Shown: positions 12,766 to 28,098, counted from the whole stretch's first letter. The stretch: DNA of 62,964 nucleotides, filler included, from Collodictyon triciliatum (GCA_043381765.1; 13 parts of 13 records of this genome joined end to end with filler, not necessarily neighbours in it); one strand, 5' to 3'. Numbers and translations: made by a program. Notes: generated by a model not told the origin, from the sequence alone.

Positions 12766-13429
12766 CGCAATTTGGATCCTGAACACATTTTAATTAATTA
12801 GGCGATTGCGGGCCTTTTTTTTTTTTGTATATTTATTTTCTTTCTTTTAATACGTGAAGGCTGGTAGAACTGATTGTTTTGATACATGATTTCATTAATT
12901 GCATCGACCCTACAAGTATAATTCTTGAACGCATTTTGTCATCTTATTTTTTCATCAGGAACAGTCAAGATTTTGATTATTTTTTTACTCTTACTGAAAT
13001 AATTACTTTTCACATAGGTTGAGGTATGTAATTGCGTTTTAAAAATGGATGGAAATTGCGGAATTTTCCATTCAGGATGACATTTGCGATTGCCTGGCAT
13101 ATTTTCTTGATGCATAAGAGTTATCGTTATCACATTTTAACATTGTTATGTATATCCTTTTCTATTTTTGTGAATAGATCATTGTATGTATGTATGTATG
13201 TATGTATGTATGTATGTATGTATGTATGTATGTATGTATGTATGTATGTATGTATGTATGTATGTATGTATGTATGTATGTATGTATGTATGTATNNNNN
13301 NNNNNNNNNNNNNNNNNNNNNNNNNNNNNNNNNNNNNNNTTAATTAATTAANNNNNNNNNNNNNNNNNNNNNNNNNNNNNNNNNNNNNNNNNNNNCATTT
13401 TATTATCATTATCATCATCATTATTATTA

Positions 13430-13526
<97 letters not shown>

Positions 13527-13736
13527 CATTATTATTATCATTATTTATTATCATTATTTATTATCATTATTTATTATCATTACATCAAATGAAGAAAAAG
13601 GAATATAACGAAAAAAGTAATTTGAAACAACCAGGGGTCAAAACATGAACATGTGAACACATGAAAGATTGGGAGATGAAAAAAAAAAGTCATCAAAATC
13701 GAAAAATGTCTAATCGGTATAAGCAAGTTAGTCTAC

Positions 13737-16484
13737 TTTGCATTTCGCGGTCGATAGTTTTTGTGTGGACATCCACAGCCAATTGGATTCCACAGGAAAT
13801 GTGAAGTTGCAACCCGTGGCCTTTTTGCTTTTTCGATAATCCGCAAGGTCAAAGGTCAAATACAAATATTTGAGTGTTTCGCTATGAAGACACAAGCCAC
13901 AGAGAGGAAGGAAAGAAAAAAAACTTTTAGTATGGCTGTTTGCTTTTTCAACATAAGCCTATACCACTTCGTTTACTCAATAAAATCATTAAACATTAAA
14001 GATGAAAACATAAATAAGGGAGGTATTAAAAATAAATACAAAAATCAGAAACCTTAAAAAGTAGCTGTCCATTTTATCCTCCAATTTAAAAGTGGTTACA
14101 TCAGAAACCGCGGCATATCCACACCTTGTCCGAGTGAACACCTGAGCATGTTTTACATCTTTGTTACTACTTTATTAGTTACAGTATAAAAGCAAGTTTA
14201 TTGAGGTCAAGCAGATTCACAAATGATTCAAATATTACTAGGTAAGTGCTAAATTCAAGGCACCCAAAGTTTGATTAAAGAAAGGACTCATATCGAACTA
14301 TTGCTACAAAATATGTACAAGGCTACCGACTTCGATTGAGGCAACCATTTCTCGCGCGTAATTAATGTAATCAGGGTCGTCTGTAGCAAGATACAAAAAA
14401 TAGGTGCTTTCTGCAAGCTCCGGCCGTAAAGGATAGCCTGCAGTGAAAGTCACTTAGCCAAGGAAAATATTGAGTGTAAATTGAATATAGCTCGTTTGGA
14501 AACGCCGTGATCTACTCATTCCCATTTAAATTATTGCTTTATGCGATGGAATGCTGATATCATGAAACCAACCTTTTCCCCAACCAAATCCTCCGTTATT
14601 TAAATTGTAGGCTATGTAGAGAAATAAAAGCAATATCAATATCAAATTTGGATAAAGTACTAACAATATCAACATCGACTTGGGATGTAGAAATGGCCAC
14701 AAATCAAATGAAACGATATTGTTTCGCTCAATAAACAAGATGAGAAACCGGCGATTACTCTCTGGTATGAAGCCATAATCTTTCCATAGCTGAAAATACG
14801 ATTTCAAGCTAACAGCTGCATTGTAAACATCACCAGCCAGAACCTTTTTTTTTTTATTATTATTATTAATGATAAGATGATAAGAGTTGATTCTTTAAAA
14901 TCTCATGTCCGTACACGCTAAGAGAGGAAAAACATAAGATGAGTAAACATCTTTGAAAAAGAAAAAGAATTGTTTATTTTATGAGCATTCACTTGCAGTC
15001 CTGGCCAAAAGGCTGCAAGAGAGTCAATATGTCTACCACTAGGTTTTCCAGAGTCCATGTAAACATTTTGGAAAACACCTTTGATTCTTGTATGGTGCAG
15101 TATGGACTCGTACATCTGATGGAGTTATTGGTGGAAATGAGATTTCTTGAGTAGTTGGGATTACAATACATAAATTCGTGAATCATGATTGGGTATCTGT
15201 AAGCTTGTATAAAACTACTGAGTGGCTCATTTTAGAGAGACCTATATAATACGAGAGAAGGAATCAAGGTACTTAAAAAAATGTGTTCTCATTTCTTAAT
15301 AATGATTTTTTTGTAGTTATTTCTGCTCGTTTCCTTTTGTTTATGCTTTTTTTTTTTGGGTTACTTGGTAGAATTTAGAATGCATGAACTCGTCATTCAG
15401 AATTATAGAGGCCTTTAGCACATATTCCAAGAATGAATCGATACCTTAAAAAGAAAAGAAAAGCACATAAATTGATATAATCCTACAAATATGAAAACTG
15501 CATGACCACCACAAAATATACACACCGGAACCAATCCCGAACTCGCGATTTGTCCAGTCTCCTGTATCCACATCTATCATCGACCCAGGTAGAGATATCC
15601 CAGACAATCGGTTCAAAAGATAGTCCATCGCTTTCTTTGCAGCACTCTAACCAGCATGCAAATATTAATGTCTTTCTGTTTCTTTTTTATGTGTTTTGTT
15701 CAAGTAGGTACGAGAACGCGTAATCAAGAAAGAATTTTAAAAAACACCTTTTGAGAATTTATATTCATCTAAGAAATAAATACTTACGCGGTAGGTGGGA
15801 ATTCCAGTGTAGTGCGACAATAGGTGAAATTCGAGCAAAAGCGTCCCCGCACAGGCCGTGCATGTTTGTCTCACTTCACTGCGTTCAATTCCTGATTGAA
15901 GATGGACCTAAAAGTGGAACTTCGTTTGAGCTTCCATGTACATGTATTAGATAGAGTTTTGTTGAGAGTTCCATCAAGAAGGGCATGAGGGGGTATGATT
16001 CGACCATGCTCCTCTGCATTGATCCAATATATGTTATTTCTAACTTTTTATATGAGAGACATACTCTGTGTATTGGCAATCCAGTTGGGGTTTCGAAAGC
16101 TTTCATGAGCCTGTCTCCCAAATCTGTTGCCAAGCGGAGAAGTGCACCGTCCTTCAATTTAAAGAAAAAGAAAACAGAACAATTAGCCTCCAGAATTAAT
16201 TTTTCTACAGATTTTCGCAGCGTGAGGCCTGCAATCAGAGCAAAAATAATGTAAAAAAATGGATTATTAGCAAACATAATTATCCACAAGATTCAAGGAT
16301 GGGTCGCTTGCAAGCCCATGTGCTGCATGTTGATATGAAATGATTAATTTTTTTAAAAAAAAAAATGGCACCGGTATTTATACGTTGGTTCACAGCATAA
16401 AAACCCAGAGCACTGAAGATGGTCATTTCAGATTTGAAGTTTAGATTCATGGGCAACATATGAATTTTAATATATCAAAAGGTA

Positions 16485-16529
<45 letters not shown>

Positions 16530-17890
16530 AAGGAGACCACCAAGAGCACGAATTGTGAGCTCGAAAACTTGGAAAAAATTCAAGAAAAGAATAAGGTGGC
16601 ATGCAGATGTTCACTCGAAATGTGATATATATCATGTATAAGGAGATATTGTCTATGTTGCATTATTGCAAGATGGTGAGTGGTACAATCAGCTGATTAA
16701 CATGGTCTGAAGATTAGGATTTACCAGAGACGACGTAGTTCTTGTTGAAGCTAACATTTTTGCCGATGTAATGAACAGAACGGTTGAAATCGCTTCGTTT
16801 GCCCATAACTGGTTTATTTAATTTCATTTTAATGGTAAATCTATCATCACAAACAAGCGTATTTTTAAGAAAACAGCGTATTGAGTGATGAGAAGACTGC
16901 ACGGTGAAAATGATTTTGTTACCTGCCATCGTTGAAAGAGAGTCGATAACGGTGAGAGAATAACTATGAAAATATGTAATAGATCACACATATTGCATAT
17001 AAAGGAATTTCACCGAAAAGAACTGTATAAGGTTTCTGTGTTGAATAAAGACATACTCGGCTAGAACCTTTTGGCACCATAGCCGCACGAGGAAGACCCC
17101 ACATATAACAAAAGTAAGTTATATCAGGCACTCAATGAAGCGCTTTCCATATTAAATCACTGAACGAAATATTTGCTTGGGAATTACGAAGGTATGCAAT
17201 TGAAGACAAAAAAAATCGGCATCATCTCATGTCCCTCATCGATATAATGGTTTCTTTTCATTATATCATCTTCGAATACACAGAAAAATCAAAATATTCT
17301 AGATATCTCAGATTCAAAAGGAAAGAAGAAGAAGAAGAAGAAGAAGAAGAAGAAGAAGAAGAAGAAGAAGAAGAAGAAGAAGAAGAAGAAGAAGAAGAAG
17401 AAGAAGAAGAAGAAGAAGAAGGAAAAAAAAGGCTTCTATATAATATCTTTGGTTATTATGTCTTTGAACTAAATGAAAGGAGCGAAAGATACGTCGTCGA
17501 TTGAGCCGCGATGGTTGCGTCTGCGTCCGGTGCACGAGAGTGGATTCAGTTCATCCCAGGGGAACGCGTACTTCTCGTAGGACTCGAACGCATGTTCAAA
17601 CATGCGGATGGACAAAGCTCTATAGAGAGATAGAAAAGAAAGAAAGAGAAAAAATAGGTTTCTAACATCGAAAAGGCTTTGAAGTGAAAGCGACGAACAG
17701 AAAAAAACAAATAAAAAATAAGTAAATATATAAAAATATATTAAAAAAACCTGAGCTCGCTGACCCCTTTTTTTTGGAAGTCTGCTCGTGCTTTCGCCAG
17801 CTCTTCGCCGCGTCTTGAAAATGCACTCGTGTAACAGCAGCCGACGCAAACGAAAAGCAACAGAAGAGTAGCACACAAGCGAACAGTCAT
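13737..17890 (-). CDS. EDEM-like glycoside hydrolase family 47 alpha-1,2-mannosidase (probably 3' truncated)
   Basis: Signal peptide MTVRLCATLLLLFVCVG; MFEHAFESYEKYAFPWDELNPLSCTG; SLTVIDSLST; FELTIRALGGLLS; AFETPTGLP; TCTACAGTLLLEF; GIGSGIDSFLEY; DSLAAFWPGLQVLAGD; YPLRPELAESTYFLY; DKMDSYFL; ETLKYLYL. Confidence 0.92.
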
Positions 17891-18175
17891 TATTCCAATG
17901 CGGAAAGAGCTATCTGGACGTGGGTTGTTTCAGGACCTTCTGAAGTTGGTCTTGTCTTTTCTTTTTTCTTTTTTTTTGTTTTTTTGGTTTTGGTTTTGGT
18001 TTTGGTTTTGGTTTTGGTTTTGGTTTTGGTTTTGGTTTTGGTTTTGGTTTTGGTTTTGGTTTTGGTTTTGGTTTTNNNNNNNNNNNNNNNNNNNNNNNNN
18101 NNNNNNNNNNNNNNNNNNNTTAATTAATTAANNNNNNNNNNNNNNNNNNNNNNNNNNNNNNNNNNNNNNNNNNNN

Positions 18176-18254
<79 letters not shown>

Positions 18255-18358
18255 AAAAAAAAAAAAAAAAAAACCAAAAAAAAAAAAAAACAAAAACCAA
18301 AAAACAAAAAACAAAAAAATTCTTTATTTTTTTAGAAAGAACATTTCCAGGAACAAAC

Positions 18359-21300
18359 TTTTAAGATAGGCGGACTTTCGAGAGCCGAACTCCATGCAAA
18401 GTAACCGTTTTGAATATCGATTAATGCTGTTGTGAAAGGCTCATTTTCACTTATCTGATTCAAGTGTCTCGATTCGGTTGAAAGTAAGAATGATTGAAAC
18501 CTATCGATTGCAACCCTATGGAAATACAATTCTTGAGCTTTAGGTCATGTTAACACAACATAAAAATTACAATTGGTGTGTATTACCAAGCATGTATTTT
18601 AAATTGTACAGTATATATATACCCGATTTCTGAGAGGCTCTGAACCCCTCTTGAAAATAAATATCCGACTGTGAGACCAAGGATATTGTAGCATGAGAGT
18701 GTAACAAATATTTGAGGCACTAGTCGCATAGATTTTAAGGAAAAATTATTAATCAATCGATATGAAAACTGTAGAAATGCAATCAGCGAGATGGACTTTG
18801 GAAACGAACACCATAAATCACAAATAAAATAGAGTATACTATTTTACATGTCAATGAATTCCCAAGTAGGTAATGAACAAGAAATGTAAAAAGGGCTGTC
18901 AGAGGAGAAACTGAAAGGTAAAGAACAAGGTCTATGGCTTGAAGGGTCATCGTCTTGGAGATGCAAAACAGTTCTATGGATTCAAATTATATGTAAAACA
19001 TGAGAAACATGATTATATATCATTACATATAAACAAAAAAACATAAAACAAAAAACAAAAAACAAAAACAAAACCAATTTTTTTTTGATAATTTGTATGG
19101 CTGATAAAGAGAAAATTTATGGCAAGCGAATTCACCTTGTCCCCTTATCTTCAGTATCTCATTTTTGAAAGCATTTTCCCATCCATACATTTTAACGGCA
19201 CGCATCCCAGATATAATCTATTATTATTATTATTATTTTGATAGTTTGGAGCAAATATATTTCAATATATTAGCATTAAAGAAAACATCTAATAATTCAA
19301 CCGCTTTTGAGAGTATCGGTCTGCAGTTGTTATATTACCTCGCTCATAATTTTTACTCGGTGGTCAGTGAGATTTGCAGTTTGGAATCGGTATGACGTAA
19401 AAAACTTGCTGAAGAAGCCTACAATTCTCATCAGTGCCACCAGGAAAAAGAAGCCAGCTATAGCAGCCACACCAACCTAGGTGTCATTGAAATCAAAGAG
19501 GTTGCCAGTTAGATTATTACGAAATCTATATATGCTACTACAGAAAAGAATAAATCCTTACCCAGTACAATAGGATGCCCACAATTACAGAACTCTCAAA
19601 GGGAGAGAGAACCAAAAACGGAAGAAAATAAGATCCCTGATCAAACCTTTGAGTGTCACTCGATATCATGTTAATAATCTAAAGTCAACGGAGCTATTAA
19701 GAAAGGCAGGTCTTTATAAATTACTCACTATGAAATAAATTTACTATGAGCAATAAGATAAAAAAAGAGGGAAAAAAGGAAAAGAGGGAAAAAGACAAGG
19801 AAAGGAAAGCAAAATAAAAGGAAAAAAGATAAAACGAAAGGAATGGAAAGGAAAGGAATATAAAGAATGAAGAAAAATGAAAAATAGAAGACAATCTAAA
19901 ATATGGGCATATTTTAATCAAACAAAATTAACAAACATTTCCGGTGGTGAATGAGATGAGGCTTTCATTGCTGATACGCAATACTTTTCTGTGAATCAAT
20001 CCTGTGACAGCAAGTCGCACTTCCATGCCAATGCTATGTAGATATTACAAACATATTCAAGTATAAATAATATTGAAAAAATGTAACATATAAAAACATA
20101 GCAAGGAACTGAATAACAATATATAGTTCTGAGCATTGAATGAATGAGTACAAAGGGAATAAGGTTTGGGTGAATATATCGGCATGTTTGACTAAATCAT
20201 ACCAAGACACTTTATGATTATAATGGGGATATATGAGACCAATTGCAAAAGTAGAAAGGGTCATAAGGATAACGAGTATGATTCCCTTTTGGTAGCTCTG
20301 TTTGAATATTGGAGATGACTAACATAAATACAAGTCCGATATGTTTGATGACATTTTCTGCAGGTCATTTGTCCGTGTGTTCGTATGTGAGTAAAAGAAA
20401 AAGAAAAAAGAACATAATACAGCAACTTACGAACTCATTTGGATTCTCGATGCTTTGAACAAAAATTGAAATCAAAACAGGCATTGATACCTTAAACACC
20501 ATATTTAAAACATAAAGCAGGACACTGAGGCAATATCTGAAGCCATAGACTTTGATAATTGCACGATATAAACTTGGCTTTTCTGAGATAAAGCAATGAT
20601 GATTAGTCGTGGAGAAAATGGGAGTGTTAGTCTAAATACACAGATTCAACTACCTGAATTAAAAACTAAACATGCTCAAAATAATGACAAAATATTGGTG
20701 GCTGGTGAACCAAATTCAAAGCCTCAACACTTTGCACAAGTTGAAAGTAAGAATAAAAAATAAAGATATTGGTACTTTTTTTTTCTATTTCTAAGCCAAA
20801 TGTTGAGACTTTTATATAGGATGATTAAATCCTTAAACCATCAGATATTTTTGTGTACTTATTCAGAGGAATAATCAAATACCTCTCTGACATTCTCGCT
20901 CCCACTCAGCCTCAAGTTTTGCAGTATTCACAGAGCTCTCCAGATAGATATCGAGCTGAATTATTTACGCATTCATTTATGAGAATTATGCAAGGGATAA
21001 AATTCATTCATTCAGAATAACTCAAAATATACCAACAAATTTATAGAGAAGACAGATGAATAAAATACAATAAAATGAATAATAAAATAAAATAAAATAA
21101 ATCAGTGACAACACATAAACCCCTGTTGAAAACAAGATGAATGTCATAGAATGAAGGAAAATTAATACTGCTTAAGTAAATTAAGAAGAAAATAAAAGGA
21201 AGTGTGGAAACTGGTCAGTCAGACTGAGGGCTTGACTTCACTTGCAAGGGACAACCTTTGGGAGATCCTGGACAGAGAGAGGGGTGGTTCGGGTCTTGAA

Positions 21301-21393
21301 GATCGGCTCCACAAACGAGAATGTCAACCAAGACCACCAAGATGCCTCTGAAGGAGCTTGCAAATCCAGAGTTCCATATGAGTTGCTCATCAT
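18359..21393 (-). CDS. ABCC/MRP-type ABC transporter, N-terminal part (TMD1 up to the start of NBD1; truncated at linker)
   Basis: MMSNSYG...ASWWSWLTFSFVEPIFK...VQDLP; GMEVRLAVTGLIHRKV; IRAVKMYGWENAFKNEILKIR; RVAIDRFQSFLL; IDIQNGYFAW...PILK. Confidence 0.85.
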
Positions 21394-21750
21394 GAGACCT
21401 TATCCTATAAAGAATCGAGGAATGCAGTAAGGAAAAGAAGGTTGCAGTGGAATGAGACCCAAAATGTTTCGAATAGGAGAAGACGAGAGGAGAGACAGGT
21501 TGTGTGAATGTTTTGTGGATAGCGTTCGACTAGCAACAATCTATGACATGTAGGGTGGGACTCTGTTTATGCACGTTCTTTGCATGTTTTGTTCTCTCGC
21601 TTTTTATTTTTTAACATGTTACTTTCGTCATTACCAAAGCCTTTGCTTTTCTTTTTTCAAGCCATCGATGTGGCTGCTGGAAACAAAAATATAGGGATAG
21701 AATTGGAACCTTAGTTACAAGATAATAATTTTTATCCCTTGGGCAAGTCA

Positions 21751-21823
21751 GGGGGTGTAGCTCAGATGGTAGAGCGCTCGCTTAGCATGCGAGAGGTAAC
21801 GGGATCGATGCCCGTCACCTCCA
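21751..21823 (+). tRNA. tRNA-Ala (anticodon AGC)
   Basis: GGGGGTGTAGCTCAGATGGTAGAGCGCTCGCTTAGCATGCGAGAGGTAACGGGATCGATGCCCGTCACCTCCA: 73-nt cloverleaf with the G3:U70 identity pair and no intron; a T-rich tract follows. Confidence 0.97.
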
Positions 21824-22767
21824 GGTTATTTCTTTTCCCTCTTGCTGCCTCTGTCACTGTGTGAATCCTTATATCGATGGAATCGCAAAGCTGGCATATA
21901 TTGTTCTTTTATTTTGGAATAGGAATTAAAGGGCAAGCAATATCGAGGTATATCAACAACGGTTGAAGCGCGGTGCATTACAGAAGCACAATCAGACTCT
22001 GTATAGAAAAAGCGGATTTTACATACTGGGCCCTATTGACCATCTCCCTTGACTATGAACAACATGATTGACATACGTACCAAAATAAAAATGCAACCAT
22101 GAGCAAGTATGCAAATTATATAGGTCTTGTTCAATACTGGAGGAAAACAAGATAAGTGGCCCTCAGTTTGTCTTGCCAATATCTAAAAAAAAAATCTCGT
22201 TCATGTCAGTTGTTCAACGTGTGGTAGGTTCTTTTCATATACTGTAATACTCATTTCTGAGGTAATAATTAAAACTAATAGGCAACGTTGTCTTTGTAAT
22301 CGAAGGTAATTATGTTTTAGATTATAAATATATTTTCATAAAAAAAATTACAATTAGTATTACATCTGAATACGAAACCATCTTGAAAGATAGAGAATCG
22401 GTACTGTGTATCTAGGTCTTTTTCTACGATGTCTGGAAATAAGTATGATACAACCACTTAAATATTTTGCTTTGGACTGAAAGAACTCGAAATGGACATA
22501 TTGTCAAAGTTTCTATGGTTGAACTTAGATTTTATTGTTGGTAAATACAAATCTGTTTAGGTCTGGCACTGGATTATACATTATCATTTTATTTTATTTT
22601 TTGTTATTGTTTTTTTGCGTGATGACAAACTTCCTTTACCACTGAATACAAGAACGCAAAGGCAGATAAACAACCCAGTTTCTGAAACAAGGTTGCAGCA
22701 GCTTGTAACGATTTCTTTCAATTTCTTATTGCTGTCATTAATCACATCTTTCAATCTACCGTGGCAA

Positions 22768-22866
22768 GTGGGCCTTATGGAGTGTGCGTGCATTCTCTCG
22801 CTCCAATGATTTACCCGAACGAGAAATCAATGTATCCAGGCTTGAGAGCCTCGTGCAATACAGCTT
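22768..22866. repeat. Partial copy of an interspersed repeat also found at 54221-54319 (cut by linker)
   Basis: About 100 nt nearly identical to 54221-54319 (ccttatggagtgtgcgtgcattctctcgctccaatgat...tgtatccaggct...cctcgtgcaatacagctt). Confidence 0.85.
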
Positions 22867-22966
22867 NNNNNNNNNNNNNNNNNNNNNNNNNNNNNNNNNN
22901 NNNNNNNNNNTTAATTAATTAANNNNNNNNNNNNNNNNNNNNNNNNNNNNNNNNNNNNNNNNNNNN

Positions 22967-25900
22967 GCTCTTGACTTTCTCACGGTCGAGTGTCTCAAAG
23001 TTGTTGAGAATGAGCACGTTCTTGTCGAGCGAGTATGATGCTCGAATTGCTGCCATCATCTCGCGTAGTGTTGTGTTGGAGGATGCGATATCCTCACAGT
23101 CTGGACTGAACTCTGCTGGTAGTCCAAGTGCCACCTACGTGATAGGCTTGCTTTAAATGGGCCTGGGTGTCTAAGTTACCATCTTTTCTTCTTTTTTTTT
23201 TATCTCCATTTCTTTTTTTCTTTAATACGTATACTCTCTTATTACAGTATTTGGCCGCATCGCGCCTAATCCAGTGGTCAAAAGCACATTAGCGATTCCG
23301 CTGCTGAGGCTTGGAGATATTGTGTATTGGAAAAAAGCCTTGACCTTCCAGCTATCCTTGCCATATGTAGTTTCAGATAAGTACCTCAGCTTATGCTATA
23401 TGTCTCACCTTTCTCTATACTAATAAGCTCTATATTCGTGCATCGATGCATATCTGTGGTTGAGGCATCAGCCGCCTATTTCATACCTGTCTATGACCGA
23501 TAGCCATTTTTCTCTTTCTTGGTCTGTTGTGTGAATGTTATCTTTCATTTGTCCGACATTCACATGCGCCACCACAAACAGTCCGCCTTTCTTGATGTCG
23601 TTGCAAAACGTCGTCATATTTTCATGCTTCTTGTTTCTACCAGACAGGAAAAGAAGCACCTGCATTTCATGCCAGTATGTGTATGAGGAGTACCATGAGT
23701 ATATCAATAGCAATATGCCAGACATCTGACCGACTTGAGACATGAGGACGTTAGCATAATAAAGCATCAGACTTGAACAGCATGGGAGACACATATATCA
23801 ACAAGACTTGTATACTTGACATTCTCACTTTTAACATGATAATCACGCGCACCTGTGGTCTCCAGAACTTGACGTGGTCTCTCCGAAAATCTAGTCGCAG
23901 GAGATACTTGCGAACCTAAGTCATATGTGTGTTTGAGCACGAAGCACAAGCGATAGCTCAGCGTACGGGCCATTTGAACCATTCTCACTTAGGGCTGGGC
24001 ATAGGCCGTTCATCATATTGGTTTCTTTTTGTAAAAAATGGATGGCTTTGTATGTAAAATCAATCAACAAGCAAAATGTTTACCTGATGATATATTATTG
24101 CCTGACTAATGTCCCCCCAAGTGTTCTTTGGCTTTGTGTATGATATCAGAATGAATACCCCGACAGCAGACTAATATTAATGTTCCGATATTTAACACTT
24201 GGCTAAGGTGGTCGATGAAAAGGACACATGTAACTCAGTGGCGCAAAACACGTTAGCTGCTATTTATGTTTCCGTATATTCGAATGTATTACTCAGTGCA
24301 TGTATCTAGATCTCACCAGTATGGATAGCCCCGCTAGTAATGGATCTAAAACAAACATCAAAACAAGGGAGGCTATCGCTCCAATCAAAGCAACCGGCCA
24401 AGAAAAGTAGTGAAATGTTGGCCGGAAGTTGGGCATCCCAGTGATATCCAGTAGAAAGCATGCAAAGTTCAGAAGAGTAAATGTCAAAAGCATAAAATTG
24501 GATATGTAAGGCGCGAGCTGATTCGTGTTTCCAAAAAATAAAATGATCTGCGATATCAGATATGTCACGACCACAGCTCGGCTATTGACAGGGAGAATGG
24601 CAATACGTAGATGTCATAAGTAATGGGTATCTTGTTTAGGAGAATCCTAGACATAACTTTTTTTTTCGATTGTTCGGAGAGTGAAGACGAATGAAAGAAA
24701 ATTCAACGCATGAAAGAAAAAAAAAAGCAACACGAACGAACATGGGCTCTCCTTTGCTGCTCAGGATACCAAAGTAAGAAAAGAATGGAACAGGCGAGTC
24801 CTCTCCTATGGCCTGTATAACGCCTGATTAAAACAATAGAATGCTAAATGTATTCACGATATTTTTTTTTGTTATTTTCTTCAGCATTCAAAAAGACATA
24901 GAAGCAATTTTTTGAAGCATATCGATTAAGAACGTGATAAATGTATAAAAAGCCGAGACTTGGAGTCGTAACAAGTCAAGTTCGATATCTTAGTTGGTGC
25001 AAAACTGTTTGTGGGCCAACCTGCAGAATTTTTGCTGTTCCGACTATACCACCGAGAGCAGATGAGAAAGTACTGCAAATAGTCCCAAGAAAAACAATGG
25101 TTGGCAAAAAACAGGATTCCTATACGGTGTTAAAAAGAAGAGAGACAGAAGAAAAGGGGAAGAAGGAAGAAGGAAGAAGGGTAGATAGGTGTGACCACGC
25201 GACAGAAAAATAAAGATTGTTGACTCATGGATACATTCAAATAGTATTTACAATTGCGAGCCCAAAAAAAAAAAAAACCTGCAAGGATAAGTAGTTTGTG
25301 CGGAGGCATACTCGATCGATAGTAAGAGCCATGGAGAATGCTATGGACACATAAGCAATCAGCATTGTGAGTATTCCAAGAAATGTGCCCTTAGGAATTG
25401 AGTGAGCAGGACTCTTTAGATAACCAGACATATTTGAGCCCGACAGGAAGCCTGGAAATGAGTTCACAATTACATGATACAAGAAAGTTACCACTAAGAC
25501 ATACATGCTTTACAGTAAACACAATTTCAGATTTATCCAGTGAGTTTACCAGTCATTGATGCATAAAGAATAGCAAAAACTGATATCCACCCAATATCAG
25601 ATGGACAATTGACGACCCCATGGCAGTCATACTCTGATTTCCTGGTGAAATGTCAAAAATTTATCAAGTCTATGATTTCTCCTTCGAATTATTCGTATCA
25701 AAATGTCACAGTGTATATAGAGGAAGCTCTTTAAATTAACCAGCAATATGTTATTGGAAATATATAACGAAACGAGTATGAATAGAAAGCTTTTTTTTTT
25801 GGTGGCTTGATCATATTCTAAAATACGACAATTGGAATCAGTGAGCACATATCTAAACATACCAGTTATCAGAAAGAGTGTCATGGGACGGACCGAGGAA

Positions 25901-27242
25901 TCCAGGTCCATCGCAATCATCCAGAGTTTTTTGATTTTCAAAATACAGGCTTCCAATTCCAAAAACCACACCAACCATGATACCAAAGAAAATATAGACT
26001 GAGAACTTTACAAAGAATCTGGTGCCAAGCAGTCCGATGACGAGTGCGCATAGGAGTGATATACTAGCGACCAATTTTTTATCCCAACTAAGTAATCAAG
26101 AAATCAATCAAAGCATGTTCCTTTTGCTCCAGCTGCTTGAATACACTATTTTACAATATTTCAGGATTCTGGGAAATGAACTAGTAAAAAAAAAAAAGTG
26201 AGAGAAGAAACATCATGGTGGTTGATAGCGCCTACACTTTTCCACCATCGACCATATCAACCTCAAATGTGTCAATAACTGCATTGGCCAACCCAAGACA
26301 TACAAAGGACACCACAATTGACTGCGATACATAATATTGAAATCCGGCGCAGCCACCAAATTCAGGTCCTGTGATGAAACGAATGAGCTTCCAATTGTTA
26401 TTTGATATGGAATGAAATATCGGAGGATTATAGAGTAAGTGATTGCCGAATCACGTATGAGTATCTCTAATGGGTTCAAAGTACCAAGCGTTCTGCTGAT
26501 AAAGTAATAGACTCCTCCTCCTTTGGAAGAGCCGTTAGTAACAATCGCGCTCATTGAAATCGCGGCACAGACCGCCACGGTGACACCCAATAAAATCATG
26601 AGAAAGGCTCCTGATAATCCAGCCTAGTTATCAATTTCATAGGGATAAAGTTGTGTGATTGTGGATATTGATTACAAAATGGGTTTATCATTACACATTT
26701 CAATTATTAAACGTTGATTTCAGGAAAGAGACGATTGCATTATCCAAAAACAGGTCTTCAAAGTACCACTCATGATAATGGTATATTGATGCCTATTGTT
26801 GAAAGATTTACCTGGCCCACTGCAAACCCCCATCTCATAAAAACTGCCACTCCGAATATGCCGTTGCAGGTGGGCACATAAACCCCACGAAACGTCCTGT
26901 ATGTTTAAAGACAGAATGGAATTTCCAAATCAAAGTGAGTAGAATAACAAAAAGTTCATCTCTCATTACCTTACAGTTATAAAAGTATTGCCATAAAAAA
27001 AATAGCAATAAAAAAAATATGGGGTTAAGTTTTCGCCTGAAAAAGGACCGAAGTATAGTCGGAAGGAAGGCGAGTATATACCCCAGATTGCGACCTTGCT
27101 GCTCAGCAATTTCAAGCTCTGTTTCAAGGGGCTCGTACTTCCGGGGAAATGTGCCGTATGAGGCAGCCGGAGAAACAAGCGGCGTGTCGCTGCTGTCCTG
27201 TACGCGGCTCTGCCATGGGCTGAGAATGCGCTCTTTATGCAT
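22967..27242 (-). CDS. SLC12 cation-chloride cotransporter family member (SLC12A9-like), 3' truncated
   Basis: LGTFRGVYVPTCNGIFGVAVFMRWGFAVGQAG; SMSAIVTNG...GGGVYYFISRTLGPEFGG; GSNMSGYLKSPAHSIPKGT; NFACFLLDITGMPNFRPTFHYFSW; WGDISQAIIYHQ; KKGGLFVVAHV; GLGAMRPNTV. Confidence 0.92.
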
Positions 27243-28098
27243 ATCCTGTCTTTTTTTATATGTATCTTTTGAATGTTTTTCTGTGTTTTTATATGGGTGT
27301 TTTTTTATGGGTGTTTTTTTATGGGTGTTTTTTTATGGGTGTTTTTTTATGTGTGTTTTTTTATGGGTGTTTTTTTATGGGTGTTTTTTTATGTGTGTTT
27401 TTTTATGTGTGTTTTTTATGTGTTTTTTATGTGTGTGTTTTTTTAAGTGTGTTTTTTATGTGTGTTTTTTATGTGTGTTTTTTTATGTGTGTTTTTTTAT
27501 GTGTGTTTTTTTATGTGTGTTTTTTTACATGTGTTTTTTTATGTGTTTTTATGTGTGTTTTTTATGTGTGTTTTTTTATGTGTGTTTTTTTATGTGTGTT
27601 TTTTTATGTGTGTTTTTTTATGTGTGTTTTTTTATGTGTGTTTTTTTATGTGTGTTNNNNNNNNNNNNNNNNNNNNNNNNNNNNNNNNNNNNNNNNNNNN
27701 TTAATTAATTAANNNNNNNNNNNNNNNNNNNNNNNNNNNNNNNNNNNNNNNNNNNNACAAAAAACAAAAAACAAAAAACAAAAAACAAAAAACAAAAAAC
27801 AAAAAACAAAAAACAAAAAACAAAAAACAAAAAACAAAAAACAAAAAACACAAAAAACAAAAACAAAAACAAATATGAGGAAAAGGGAAAATGAGAGAAG
27901 AAAAGGCAATAAAAAAATGAACTGCTTGCTGGAAAGGTATTGGTTGTGAGTACCCTGGAAACACACTGATCGCCAAGAAAGAAATAAGGAAGGCCCTTTA
28001 GTGAGCCCAAAAGTTTCTGCGATCTGACGTCGGGTGCTTTCGAAGTACAGAAGGCACATTCTTATCTTATCCTGAATAGTAACTACTGAGCCCAAAGG

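Noticed and set aside
12939-13133. ORF as the last exon of the EDEM gene
   Set aside because: It lies across a linker on a different scaffold.
17984-18075. (TTTTGG)n as a telomere
   Set aside because: One of many different microsatellites at scaffold ends, close to a gene start, with no consistent telomeric unit elsewhere.
21823-22866. tRNA-targeted insertion of the repeat
   Set aside because: The repeat is about 950 nt from the tRNA, and the other copy has no tRNA nearby.
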